Source: Spirochaetia bacterium (lineage in GTDB: Bacteria > Spirochaetota > Spirochaetia > SZUA-6 > Bin103). From it: a DNA stretch of 64,000 bases. The translations under genes were made by a program, and so were the position numbers. Numbering within the stretch: position 1 is the stretch's first letter; each line of letters begins with the position of its first letter. The stretch lies in NCBI GenBank assembly GCA_965208575.1, contig CBDBOV010000006.1:576001-640000 (forward strand), written 5' to 3'. Under the pieces are notes generated by a model, which ran no database searches, had not been told where the DNA came from, and saw only the letters and a list, made by a program, of their open reading frames with translations. Positions 49,662-59,877 of the stretch are shown here, piece after piece.

Positions 49662-49859
49662 TGACCCGGCCTGCCAGTCAGTCCGGCCTGTGGGGGGCGA
49701 ACGCGTAAAGCGGCAAGCGATCACTTACCCAGGGATCTGCCTGATCGAGGGCGTGGAACCGAACATCCTGGAGCTGACGAACTGAATCGGCGAGGCGATG
49801 GTGCGCGGCTTCGCATCGACCGCCGATAGTCGGGGCGCCGGTTCCACGACCGTGTGCGA

Positions 49860-51854
49860 TCAGGCCCCGGCCCGATTGACTGCCGCATACGAACCGGCGG
49901 TCTGCCCGCGCTCGTTGCCATCGACCGCGAAGACCGGAGCGCGTCGGGCTTCAGACGGCTCACTCCCGGCGTTCACATGGCGCTGAGCGTGGCGCAACCG
50001 GTGATGCGCACCGCAGCGTACCCTCAAATTCGGCGGCTCGGCACCACCGCCGAGCGCGAACGGCACGATGTGGTCGATCTTCTACCGATAGCGGGAGCCA
50101 CAGCGCCGACCGCTGTGGCGGTCGACATAGCTGCAACGACCCTGGTCGCGCCGCCACACCTCCCGCAGCACGGCCGCCGGGATGTACCGTGACCGGGAGC
50201 CCGGCACCGCGCCGACGCAGCGCAACGCGGACAAGTGCCGCTCCAGTGCCGGCGAACGCTCCCCCGTCCCTATCGCACCACGCCCGGCGGTGTCCGCAAG
50301 CCGCTTCGCGGGCGAAGTCGGGAACCGGTAGCCGCCCCGTAGCGGTGCCCACGACCCGTTGCGCCGGTCGGCTTTGAACCGCGCTCCGGCGGCACACGCT
50401 GCACGCTCCGGGACACCGCCCGCCCCCGCGTCCCGGCCATCGCCGACCGCTCGCCCCTGCCGCTTCGCCAGCGAAGCAGCCCGACCGCCTCTGCCAAGCA
50501 TCGCCTGCGGTTGTCCGCATGCGGCGGCGCCACGAATACGTTGCGCCTCCTCGACATGCGCGTGCTCATCTCGCTTCGGCGACGAAGCGGTGCGGCGGAC
50601 AACATTTCGCACCGCCGCGGACTTCGCGCTGCCGCGTTCGGCTTCCGTGTGCCGCTTCGCCACCGATTCGGGGTGGCCGCTGCCGTCCCGCACCCCCGCC
50701 CGCTCCGCGCTGCCGCTCTCCGCTTCCGTATGGCGCTTCGCCGCCGAAACGGGGTGACCGCCACCGTCTCGCGGCGCCGCCGGCATCGTGGTGCCGCTCT
50801 CGGCTTGCGTATGCCGCTTCGCCACCGAAAGACGGGGAGCGCCATCCCGGTTTGCCGCCAACGATATGTCGCCCGGCTCGCCCTCGTTCAGCCGTTCGAC
50901 ATCGCTCCCCTTCGCGCGTACCACGTTCCGCCGCACGGTCTCCGCGTCGCGTCGCACCGGCTTGCTCGGCGTTCGGGCGCCGTCGACCGAGGCGTCCCCG
51001 CCCCGACGCCGCGACCTCCGTGGCCGCTCCGGGTCGTAGCGGTCCAGGCCGTCCCGCACCAGCCTCGCCACCAGCCGGCCCAGCGTCAGGTGCGGGTCCC
51101 GGTGCGACAGCAGCATCTGCAGCTTCTCCAGTCCATGCCGACACTCCGCGTCGACCGCCGCCTTCAGCTCCCAGCGCCCGCCCCCGAGCGCGCGCATCCG
51201 GTCGCTCGGCCGCGCCAACTCCGGGTCCACCTCGGCCAGCATCTGCTGCACTTCGCGCGTGCTCTTGCCGGCCGCCTGCTTGACCAGCTCCTCCCGCGCC
51301 GCCGCGTCCAGTACCGGCCCGGCTGCCGGTGCCGGCCCGGCTGCCGGTGCCGGCCCGGCTGCCGGGGGCGCCGGATCGTGCTCGCCGCCGCGCACCGGGG
51401 CCGCCGGTCCCGATTCGCCCGGTGCGCCGTCGCTCCGTGGCGCACCGCCCGGGGCGCCACCTGCTCCGGTACTTACCGGCGGGCGGCCCCGGCTGCGGTC
51501 GCTGCGGTCGCTGCGCTCGAACAGGCTCTGCAGTTGCGCCGCGTTGCTCAGGTTCAGCGAGCCGTCCTGCAGCATCTCGCGCGCCCCGCTGGTCTGGCTG
51601 CACAGCCGCATCGCCTTGATCCTCCGCCAGGCGGCGGCCGCGGTGTAGCCCAGTTCGTGCACCACGTAGTCGAACAAACTGCCATACCCGCGGGTCAGGT
51701 GCAGGCGGCGCGCCTCGATTTCGCGCAGGTGGTCGAGGACCAGGATCTGCAGCGCCTGCTCGTGCCGGGCGAGCTGCCGAGTCTGCGCCAACAGGAGGTA
51801 GTCGGGCAGCGCGGCGACGGTGGACCAGGGGGCGGGAGAGATCACGGTATCCAT
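49860..51854 (-). pseudogene. HNH endonuclease with DUF222-like N-terminus; in-frame TAG just before the catalytic IDH
   Basis: GSRYR*KIDHIVPFALGG; TAG at 50082-50084 is CTG in copy 1; the frame continues to 49860. Confidence 0.85.
50302..50831. repeat. Array of TTCG-N4-CGA(A) palindromes inside HNH copy 2 (6 units)
   Basis: Unit starts 50302, 50461, 50572, 50653, 50734, 50815. Confidence 0.75.
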
Positions 51855-52070
51855 GTCGTAAGTATAATATGGGATTCAAGATAGCCGATTTGTCCGAGTC
51901 CTCGACGGCGGTGAAACGCAGCCCGGAAGGCCGCTCAGCGGGGCGCTGTCGTACCCGCGGAAGCCAAGTCGTCTCCGGACCGTCGGAGGGGCCGCCGCGC
52001 GCCGTAGCGAGCCACTATGAGCCCCGAAAATTGCGTCAAGGGGTGCGCGCAGTTTTTTGCAACTTTTTTT
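51855..52070. other. Conserved non-coding module upstream of HNH copy 2 (candidate ncRNA or element end)
   Basis: Overlapping TATACT (-) and TATAAT (+) at 51861-51868; T-tracts at 52053-52070. Confidence 0.45.
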
Positions 52071-52196
52071 GCGATTCTCTCCATGTCCCGCGCTCTGTCG
52101 GGACGGCGGGGCTGCCTCGTACCGGAAAGTGGGTCCGCTCCCGGTCAGTGGCGCACGCGGACAAAGAGACGGTAAACGAATACTATCGAATGCGCT

Positions 52197-52436
52197 GTGA
52201 AGACGGTCACGGTTCGCCTCGACGACGACACCTATCGATTGATCCGGCAGGCCGCCGGCGGCGAGTTGCGCAGCATCTCCAACTTCATCGAGTACGCCAC
52301 CCTGTCCTATCTCACGGACGCGGCTTCGGTGTCCGATCAGGAGATGGCCGAGATACTGTCGGACCCTGACCTGGTGTCGACTCTGCAGCACACGCGGTCC
52401 GAAGTGAGTGGCAAGAAGTACCGGATCATCGAGTAA
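52197..52436 (+). CDS. CopG/RHH antitoxin
   Basis: MKTVTVRLDDDTY..AA..ELRSISNFIEYA. Confidence 0.75.
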   Translation: MKTVTVRLDDDTYRLIRQAAGGELRSISNFIEYATLSYLTDAASVSDQEMAEILSDPDLVSTLQHTRSEVSGKKYRIIE

Positions 52437-52700
52437 CTACACCGTCGCGGAGACCGAGTCGCTGCGCAAGAACAAGGCCTTGCCCGCCTCTACCCCCGCG
52501 TTTCGCGACACCGTTTATCCGCTGCTTCGCCGCGAGCCGTACCTCGGGCCCAACATCAAGCGGCTGCAGGGGCGAGTTCAGCGACTTCTACCGGTATCGA
52601 CTGGGGCGATTACCGGTTGTTCTCCACGATCGACGAACAGGACACGGTCGTGGTCGTGGCCGACCTCCGCAGCCGGGCAAGCGTCGTACCGGAGACGATA
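52408..52700 (+). pseudogene. RelE/ParE toxin, frameshifted
   Basis: YTVAETE..VYPLLRREPYLGPNIKRLQG / EFSDFYRYRL / DYRLF, spread over different frames; indels in G-runs. Confidence 0.7.
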
Positions 52701-52798
52701 GCCGCCCGCCGGCGGCACCGCTGCGGCCAAGTTTCCCCGGGCAAGCCCTGCTGCCGCCGCAGAGCACCCGCGCAACGCCCCGCGTGTCGATTGCCGTG

Positions 52799-53236
52799 CT
52801 ACCCGGAAGCCGCCATCGACTCGATCAGCAGGTCGATCTTGTCGCCGTAGTCGAGCAGCGCCGGAAGGGCGTTCAGGTCGGCCCAGAAGAAGTCGAACGG
52901 GATCAGGACCGTACCGTCCTCCGCCACCTCCCCATGCCGCCAGAATTGTTTCGGCCGTCCCTCCAGGGTCAGGTGGAAGAACCAGCGATACTGGAGTTCG
53001 TCGAGCCCGTAGTCCCGCATGTCGCGGGTGTCCTGTGCGAGGAGCCTCTCGTACTTGAGTCCTGCCAGACCCGTTTCCTCGCGCGCTTCCCGCATCACGG
53101 CGTGCTTCGGGCTCTCTCCCGGTTCGATCGTCCCGGCGGGAACCTGAACGCCGGCGTCCGGAGATTCCGGGTGGGTAAAGAGGAGCAGCCGGCGGCCGTT
53201 GGTGATGTAGGCGTATACCCGGTGACGGATGTTCAT
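52799..53236 (-). CDS. NUDIX hydrolase
   Basis: PAGTIEPGE....AVMREAREETG. Confidence 0.9.
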   Translation of the reverse strand: MNIRHRVYAYITNGRRLLLFTHPESPDAGVQVPAGTIEPGESPKHAVMREAREETGLAGLKYERLLAQDTRDMRDYGLDELQYRWFFHLTLEGRPKQFWRHGEVAEDGTVLIPFDFFWADLNALPALLDYGDKIDLLIESMAASG

Positions 53237-53319
53237 CGATCAGATCGCGCGGCCGCGACCGCCGGTCTCGGCACACCTCACGTGGCACTCGGCTGGCCGC
53301 CCGCCCTATCCTATGGTGC

Positions 53320-54912
53320 ATGGGCTCTCCACCGCCAATCGTGTTCATCACCACCGATACGCAGGGGCGCGACATGGTGTCGGCGTACGGACCGGCGCAT
53401 TGGCACCGGCCGGCGGCCGCGGATGGCGGCGGCGCTGCCGGGGTCCAGCTTCCGGCCACGCCCAACATCGACCGGCTGGCGGCACGCGGCACCCTGTTCG
53501 ACACCGGCGTCGCCGCCTCGCCGCTGTGCACGCCGGCGCGCTCCGCCTGGTACACCGGCCTGCCGCCCAACCGCAACGGCGCCGTGTGCAACGACACCGC
53601 CCCCTCGCGCGCCGTGCCGATGCTCGGCGAACTGTTGGCGGAGGACGGCTGGGCGGCGCACCACGTCGGCAAGTGGCACCTGGACGCGGCCGGCTATGCC
53701 GGCGCCGGGCGCGCCGACGGCGGCTTCGCGAACGACACCTGGTACGACCTGAGCCGGTTCTACGACGAGGTGGGCCGCGGCGGCGCCAACCGCTTCGGCG
53801 GCTGGCTGCGCGGGCTGGAGGACGAGCGCTTCTGCTTCGCGCACCGCGTGGTGGACCGCGCCATCGGCGTACTGCGCGCCCGCGACCCCGCCGCACCGCT
53901 GTTCCTGGCCGTGGAGTTGGACGAGCCGCACGGCCCGTACATCTGCCCGCCGCCGTTCCAGGGCCGCTACGAGCAGGACCGCCTGCCCCGCCCCGCTTCG
54001 TTCCCGGCCTGCCCCGGCGACAAGCCGCGCCTGCAGCGGGACTACGCCGCCTGGCTGGCGGCCTCCCGCGCCGCGCCCGACCAGTACCCCGCCTACTACC
54101 ACAAGTACTACGACTGCAACAGCTACGCCGACTACGAGATCGGCCGCCTGCTCGACGCGGTCGACCGCCACTGCCCCGACGCCCTGCTCATCTACACCGC
54201 CGACCACGGTGACCACCTCGGCGCCTTCGGCCTGTGCGCCAAGGGCCCAACCATGTACGACCACACCGTGGCCGTGCCCCTGGTGGTTGCCGGCCCCGGC
54301 CTGCCAGCCGGCGAGCGCAGCGAGTGCCTGACCAGCAGCCTCGACGTGTGGGCCACGATCATGGACGCGGCAAACCCGGAAGGCGAGCTGGGCAACGGGA
54401 CCGGCCACCGCCCGGCAGCGCCAACGCGATCACCCCGTACCGGCGGAGCCGACGGCGGCCCCTTTCCGCGCAGCGCCGGCTACACCGGCCGGTCGCTCCT
54501 GCCGTTGCTGCGCGGCGAACGCACCGCCGCCGAGCACCGCAGCACCGCATTCAGCGAGTACCACCGCTTCGGGATCGGCCAGCACCGGGCCGGCGGCTGC
54601 TACCCGATCCGCTGCGTGCGCACCGCCGACTGGAAGCTGGCGATCAACCTCCTCGACCGCGACGAGCTCTACGACCTGCGCCACGACCCCGGCGAGACCG
54701 CGAACCTGATCACCGACCACCAACACGCCGCCGTGCGCAACGAGCTGCACGACCTGCTGCTCGCCCACATGGACGAGACCGGCGACCTGCTCGCCGGCCC
54801 CGGCTGGGCGCGGCGGCCCTGGCGCGGCCCCGCCGCCGAGCGCCCCTTCGAAGGCTACTTCACCACCGGCTACCACGACCGCTGGCCCTCCGGCTCGTTC
54901 TTCACCTGGTAA
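53320..54912 (+). CDS. Sulfatase (YidJ-like)
   Basis: IVFITTDTQ, CTPARS (CxPxR), GKWHLD, DEPHGP, ADHGD. Confidence 0.9.
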   Translation: MGSPPPIVFITTDTQGRDMVSAYGPAHWHRPAAADGGGAAGVQLPATPNIDRLAARGTLFDTGVAASPLCTPARSAWYTGLPPNRNGAVCNDTAPSRAVPMLGELLAEDGWAAHHVGKWHLDAAGYAGAGRADGGFANDTWYDLSRFYDEVGRGGANRFGGWLRGLEDERFCFAHRVVDRAIGVLRARDPAAPLFLAVELDEPHGPYICPPPFQGRYEQDRLPRPASFPACPGDKPRLQRDYAAWLAASRAAPDQYPAYYHKYYDCNSYADYEIGRLLDAVDRHCPDALLIYTADHGDHLGAFGLCAKGPTMYDHTVAVPLVVAGPGLPAGERSECLTSSLDVWATIMDAANPEGELGNGTGHRPAAPTRSPRTGGADGGPFPRSAGYTGRSLLPLLRGERTAAEHRSTAFSEYHRFGIGQHRAGGCYPIRCVRTADWKLAINLLDRDELYDLRHDPGETANLITDHQHAAVRNELHDLLLAHMDETGDLLAGPGWARRPWRGPAAERPFEGYFTTGYHDRWPSGSFFTW

Positions 54913-55116
54913 CCGCGCCCGCCCGCCTGCATCGGCGGACAACGAGGCCGCGCCGCGCTTACCCGCCCACCCACTTCCGGTATGCGGCCGGTGGCGAACA
55001 GCCCGAACCCCTGCTGCGCCTTGGCCAGCGCGGAGCTTGCTTGCTGGTTCACAACAGTCGATTGCTCGACAACCTATCGCTGGACGGATGCACCACGCCT
55101 GCTTAGAATCTCCACG

Positions 55117-55800
55117 ATGACGGACATTCACGGCGGCATGCACCCCGCTGAAGTCCCCACATACACACCAACCGAGGTCGCGCGGATCATCGGGCGCCCG
55201 GTATCGACAGTGCGATCCTGGACGCGCGGCGCACGCTACATGACCAACGCCGGAAAGCAGTTCTGGCCACCCGTCGTGCCTGCCGACCCACCGTACCTGT
55301 CGTTTCAGAACCTGGTCGAGTTGTATGTGCTTTCCTCGCTGCGCAGCTTCCACGCCGTACGCCTTAGTAGAATCCGGATCGCTATCGACTATCTCCGAAA
55401 GGTCGAAGGAACCACTCATCCGCTCGCTGACTATCGTCTCCTTACTGACCGATCGGACGTGTTTGTTGAGACGGCGGGCGAGTATCTCAACCTCAGCCGA
55501 GACGGCCAACTCGAAATGAAGGCGCAACTGCTCAAGTGCATGAAGCAGGTGGAAAGAGGAATAGACGGATTCCCCAACAAACTGTGGCTTCTGGATTCCA
55601 CGAACAACAGGGCGGCGGAAGTAGATCCGGAGATCAGGTTCGGGCAACCGCGAATCCCCGGCACCGGCATCCCCACTGCGATCATCTACCAACGCAAGCG
55701 CGCCGGTGAAACGGCAGAGCAGCTCGCCGCAGCGTACGAACGGCCCGTGGTCGAAGTAGCCAGGGCGATCAGTTACGAGGAATCGAGCCGCGCTGCGTGA
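55117..55800 (+). CDS. HTH plus DUF433 antitoxin (VapB45-like)
   Basis: YTPTEVARII..STVRSW, LSFQNLVE, DPEIRFGQPRI.GTGIPT. Confidence 0.8.
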   Translation: MTDIHGGMHPAEVPTYTPTEVARIIGRPVSTVRSWTRGARYMTNAGKQFWPPVVPADPPYLSFQNLVELYVLSSLRSFHAVRLSRIRIAIDYLRKVEGTTHPLADYRLLTDRSDVFVETAGEYLNLSRDGQLEMKAQLLKCMKQVERGIDGFPNKLWLLDSTNNRAAEVDPEIRFGQPRIPGTGIPTAIIYQRKRAGETAEQLAAAYERPVVEVARAISYEESSRAA

Positions 55801-56246
55801 AGCCGCTCACTTTCTATGTGGATGAGACATACGGACGCGGCCTCGTCGGCTTGCTCCAGGGGATCAGTCTGCACGCAGTCACCTACCGCGACGCAGATGA
55901 CATCAATGCTGGTGATCCCGACGTAGCCTGGATACCCAGTGTCGCGAGACGCGAGTGGATTGCGGTATCCTCCGACAAGAGACTCCGGTCCAGGCGTGCA
56001 GAGAGGCAGGCAATACAGACTGCGCGGCTACGGCTCATCGTGATCGCCGCTCGCAACGCGACCGAGGAAGAAACCGCCAGCATAATCAACAAGCACCGCA
56101 GATCGATTCTTGCTCTCGTGCACTACATGCCACCGCCTTTCATTATCTCTCTCACTGGCCAGAAGCTTGAGTTTGAGTGGCTTGGGCCCGAGGATGAGTT
56201 AGCAAAAACCGCCACTACGGCGTGTCCAACTTCTCCCCGGCGATGA
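55797..56246 (+). CDS. VapC45-like PIN toxin; last codons run into aldo-keto reductase-derived DNA
   Basis: FYVDE, D..WI....RREWIAVSSDKRLR....ER.AI; GTGA overlap with the antitoxin. Confidence 0.7.
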   Translation: MKPLTFYVDETYGRGLVGLLQGISLHAVTYRDADDINAGDPDVAWIPSVARREWIAVSSDKRLRSRRAERQAIQTARLRLIVIAARNATEEETASIINKHRRSILALVHYMPPPFIISLTGQKLEFEWLGPEDELAKTATTACPTSPRR

Positions 56247-56330
56247 TGGACGTGTGCGAGAGCGCCGGCCACCTGGCCGCCAACCAGGTCGGCTAGCACC
56301 TGTTCGACCGTCGCGTGGAACGGGCCGTGC
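56211..56330 (+). pseudogene. Internal aldo/keto reductase fragment
   Basis: Matches 42767-42886 (HYGVSNFSPAMMD..ANQVG*HLFDRRVERAV). Confidence 0.85.
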
Positions 56331-57170
56331 CTCCGCCAACTGGAAGGCCTCAAGCAGAAAATTATCCGGGAGCAAAAGCGACACGGTGCCCAGCCTACCG
56401 ATCAGCGGTCCGCTACCGATCGACAGCTGGACTACATCGAGAGCCTGCTGGATTCGACAGGCACGACCCTGAGCGCCGCCACCAGGGCCCTGCTGGGCCG
56501 TTCGGTCAGCATCGACCGTCTGTCGCTCGACGAAGCCTCCGACCTGATCGACCATCTGAAAGAGATCTCGGGGGAGAGCCAGGGTGGAACCACTACTCGC
56601 CACCGAGCAACTCCTCGTGGACGCAAGCCAGGCATCGCGGAACTACGCCCGCTGCTGAACCGCCCTGACGTGCTGGTGGTGGACGTGGAGACGACCGGCT
56701 TCGGCGACCGTGCCGAGGTGCTGGCGGTCGCGGTGGTCGACGCCACCGGGCGGGTCCGGCTCGACACCGTCAGCATGCCGCAGGGGCGAATTCCAAGTGA
56801 CGCGAGCAACGTGCACGGTCTGACCCGCACCCGCCTGCGCAGCATGGGAGCGCGACCCTGGCCGGAGGTGCATCGCGAGCTGGAGAAGCTGCTCGGCGAT
56901 GCCAGCGTCCTCGTGGCCTGGAATGTCGAATTTGACCGCCGCCTGCTGCACCAGACCGCCAAGCGCCACGACTTGACGCTGCCGGTCCGGCCTTGGCACT
57001 GCGCCATGGAGGCGGAGACCACCACGCGCGGACCGGATGCTCCGTACGCGAAGCTGTCCGACACCGCCCGTCGCCTTGGCGTGTCGTCGTCCGGCGCACA
57101 CAGCGCCCTGGGGGACGCCCGCGCCACGCTCGCCGTCGTGCGCGCCCTGGTGGGGGACGTCTCCGCGTGA
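56331..57170 (+). CDS. DEDDh 3'-5' exonuclease (DnaQ-like), probably 5'-truncated
   Basis: VVDVETTG, AWNVEFD, AHSALGDA; frame is open from 56331 (ATDRQLDYIESLL..EASDLIDHL) with no start before GTG 56670. Confidence 0.75.
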   Translation, partial: LRQLEGLKQKIIREQKRHGAQPTDQRSATDRQLDYIESLLDSTGTTLSAATRALLGRSVSIDRLSLDEASDLIDHLKEISGESQGGTTTRHRATPRGRKPGIAELRPLLNRPDVLVVDVETTGFGDRAEVLAVAVVDATGRVRLDTVSMPQGRIPSDASNVHGLTRTRLRSMGARPWPEVHRELEKLLGDASVLVAWNVEFDRRLLHQTAKRHDLTLPVRPWHCAMEAETTTRGPDAPYAKLSDTARRLGVSSSGAHSALGDARATLAVVRALVGDVSA

Positions 57171-57457
57171 CCGACCGGTACGCCGCGCTGAATGACGAGA
57201 TTGACCGCCTGCGCGGAGATCCCGACTTCGAGCGGGACGTTGCCGAGACGGCTCGTGCCTTCGGACCGCCTCCCGGTCCCGACGTGGTGGACGATTCCGG
57301 CCACTTCACGGCGCAACGTGTCGACGACCTGCTGGCAGACGGCAAGCTCCGCGAGGCCGCCGTACTGACGGCCGGCAAGCAACTCGCCGACTCCTGGCCA
57401 CGGCAGAAGCGCCGGCCCGTTGACGAACATTCTGAACACGAACACCCCGGCAGTTGA
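57167..57457 (+). CDS. Hypothetical protein
   Basis: GTGA overlap with the exonuclease stop; plausible codon usage. Confidence 0.5.
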   Translation: MTDRYAALNDEIDRLRGDPDFERDVAETARAFGPPPGPDVVDDSGHFTAQRVDDLLADGKLREAAVLTAGKQLADSWPRQKRRPVDEHSEHEHPGS

Positions 57458-57512
57458 CGAGGGTGATCCAGCCGCCACGCGTCGGCAGCCCGCACTTCGT
57501 ATACTGGCGGCC

Positions 57513-57914
57513 ATGAGCAGTGCGCGGACGATTGTGTTCATCACCACCGACACGCAGGGGCGCGACATGGTGTCGGCGTACGGACCGGCGCATTGGCATC
57601 GACCGGCGGCTGCTATCCGATCCGCTGCGTGCGGACCGCCGACTGGAAACTGGCGATCAACCTGCTCGACCGCGACGAGCTGTACGACCTGCGCAGCGAC
57701 CCTGGCGAGACCGTGAACCTGATCGCCGACCACCAACACGCCGCCGTGCGCAACGAGCTGCACGACCTGCTGCTCGCCCACATGGACGAGACCGGCGACC
57801 TGCTCGCTGGGCGCGGCGGCCCTGGCGCGGACCCGCCGCCGAACGCCCCTTCGCGGGCTATTTCACCACCGGCTAGCACGACCGCTGGCCGTCCGGCTGG
57901 TTCTTCACCTGGTA
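57513..57914 (+). pseudogene. Internally deleted copy of the 53320-54912 sulfatase
   Basis: IVFITTDTQGRDMVSAYGPAHW joined directly to GGCYPIRCVRTADWK. Confidence 0.9.
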
Positions 57915-58009
57915 GCGCGGCGAACGCGAACAACCGCTTCATCGTGCTTGGCCACCATCCTGCGCGTGCTGGTGAGGGTGGGCGGCGGCTCCGCCGGCAG
58001 GCGCCGTAC

Positions 58010-58049
58010 TTGACGAATACGTAGAGAATCGGAAAGAATCTTACGTATC
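58010..58049 (+). promoter_or_regulatory. Promoter/operator of the TA pair
   Basis: TTGACG-N18-AAGAAT, overlapped by the inverted repeat ATACGTA...TACGTAT. Confidence 0.5.
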
Positions 58050-58328
58050 ATGTCGGTCAACACGAAACTCACGTTGAGTGTCGATGCCGCGGTCATCCGG
58101 CGGGCCAAGGCGTTCGCGAGACAGCGCAGCAAAAGCCTCTCGAGGCTGGTCGAGGAGTATCTGCGGTTCGTCAGCGCCGAGTCCGAGCATACGCCCCCGA
58201 TCAGCAATCGCGTCCTGACCGTGGCAGACTCGCTCGACCTGCCGCCCGGGGCCACCTACGACAACCTGAAGGAGCAGTACCTGCGGGACAAGCTGCTCGG
58301 AGGGGAACGTGCGCAGGATACTGATTGA
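58050..58328 (+). CDS. DUF6364-like RHH antitoxin
   Basis: TKLTLSVD..VI.RAK.FA....SLSRLVE.YL. Confidence 0.85.
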   Translation: MSVNTKLTLSVDAAVIRRAKAFARQRSKSLSRLVEEYLRFVSAESEHTPPISNRVLTVADSLDLPPGATYDNLKEQYLRDKLLGGERAQDTD

Positions 58329-58779
58329 TTCCGACGTCATTCTCGATCTGTTCGTCGCGCGCGAGCCGCATCACACGATCGCGCTGCACTTTTTCACCTA
58401 CCTCGAAGTCGACAGCGGCGGCATCGCCGCCACGGCCTCACCGGTGGCCCTGGCGAACGTCGCCTACGTCCTGGCCAAGCTGAAGGACAAGGCCTATGCG
58501 GTGGGCAAGCTGCGCGAACTCCGCACTCTGATCGGAGTGTCCCCGATCGACCAATCAGCCGTGGACCGTGCCCTGGCCCGCCCGCATCGAGATTTCGAGG
58601 ACGCGCTGCAGCGGGAGTGCGCGCTGGACAACGAGATCGGTATCCTCGTGACCCGAAACACGCGCGATCATCCCAAGGACACGATCCTGATCCTGACCCC
58701 GGTCGACGTCATGCGCCTCCACTCCACCGAGCAGGCCCGGCAACAGCTATCCAGACCAGTGGATCGGTGTCCGCCATAG
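58309..58779 (+). CDS. PIN-domain toxin
   Basis: ILIDSDVILD, DFEDALQ, LVTRN.RD. Confidence 0.88.
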   Translation: MRRILIDSDVILDLFVAREPHHTIALHFFTYLEVDSGGIAATASPVALANVAYVLAKLKDKAYAVGKLRELRTLIGVSPIDQSAVDRALARPHRDFEDALQRECALDNEIGILVTRNTRDHPKDTILILTPVDVMRLHSTEQARQQLSRPVDRCPP

Positions 58780-58869
58780 CCCGCGTGTGCATCGCGCAAA
58801 CGAGGCTTCCGGCGCGCTTACCCGCCCGCACTCTTTCCGGTATTCTGCACGCCGCAACGGAGGCTACCG

Positions 58870-59877
58870 ATGGAACAACGCAGCTTTGGGGACAGCGGTC
58901 TGACCTGTTCCGCGCTCGGGTTCGGCACCTGGGAGCTGAGCACCACCGATTATGGCGAGATCGACGCGGCCGAGGCGCAGCGGGCGGCCCAGGAGGCGAT
59001 CGAGCACGGCATCACCCTGTTCGACACCGCCGAGTCATACGGGCCGTACATCTCGGAGGAGCTGCTCGGCAAGGCCCTCGGCACGCGGCGCAAGGAGATC
59101 GTCCTGGTGACCAAGGTCGGGTTCAGGTATGACGGCAACCGGCTGGTGAACCAGTGCTCATCGTTCGATCACGTGGTCACCGCCGCCGAAGGCTGCCTGC
59201 GGCGCCTCGGCACCGACTGGGTCGACCTGCTGCTGATCCACTGGCCCGATCACAACACGCCGTACGGGGAGCCGATCGCGGCCCTGGAGAAACTCAAGCA
59301 GGACGGCAAGATCCGCCACTACGGCGTGTCCAATTTCTCACCCGCGATGATGGACGTGTGCGAGAGCACCGGTGACCTCGCCGCCAACCAGGTGGGCTAC
59401 CACCTGTTCGACCGCCGAGTGGAACGCGCCGTGCTGCCCTACACGCGCTCCCACGGCATCGGCTTCATGGCCTACGGCACCCTCGGCTTCGGCCTGCTGA
59501 CCGGCGCGTTCAACGAGTCCACCACCTTCGTGGACTGGGACTGGCGCTCCAAGGGCTACGCCTTCGGCCTGCCCCTGTTCCAGCGCGCGCAGTTCCTGAA
59601 GCAACTGCGGGTGGTCGAACGGCTGCGGCCAATCGCCGCCCGCCACGGCAAGTCCGTCGCCCAACTCGCCATCTCCTGGGTGCTCGGCAACCCCGCGGTC
59701 ACGGTGGCGCTGGTCGGCATCCGCCGCACCGAGGAACTGAAAGAGAACGTCGCCGCCGTCGAGTGGCGCCTGTCCCCCGACGAACGCCAGGAGATCGACA
59801 CCATCTTCGCCGAAGAGGGCGTCCCCACCCACACCGAAACCTCCCAAATCACCGAACCCTTCCTCCCCGCCCGCTGA
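58870..59877 (+). CDS. Aldo/keto reductase (close paralog of 42321-43328)
   Basis: Same length (335 aa), near-identical protein, shared upstream sequence. Confidence 0.93.
   Translation: MEQRSFGDSGLTCSALGFGTWELSTTDYGEIDAAEAQRAAQEAIEHGITLFDTAESYGPYISEELLGKALGTRRKEIVLVTKVGFRYDGNRLVNQCSSFDHVVTAAEGCLRRLGTDWVDLLLIHWPDHNTPYGEPIAALEKLKQDGKIRHYGVSNFSPAMMDVCESTGDLAANQVGYHLFDRRVERAVLPYTRSHGIGFMAYGTLGFGLLTGAFNESTTFVDWDWRSKGYAFGLPLFQRAQFLKQLRVVERLRPIAARHGKSVAQLAISWVLGNPAVTVALVGIRRTEELKENVAAVEWRLSPDERQEIDTIFAEEGVPTHTETSQITEPFLPAR

Larger units (their letters stand above)
49690..52128 (-). mobile_element. DUF222-like/HNH endonuclease element, copy 2
   Basis: Coding and flanking similarity to 26516-28810; boundaries approximate. 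Confidence 0.6.

Noticed and set aside
52014-52039. TTGACG...CATAGT as the HNH promoter
   Set aside because: Spacer is only 14 nt; the -10 box adjacent to the ATG is a better candidate
9024-57876. Genome-wide TAG reassignment (alternative genetic code)
   Set aside because: TAG ends many normal genes here (aapQ, aapM, CRTAC1), and the internal TAGs replace four different amino acids
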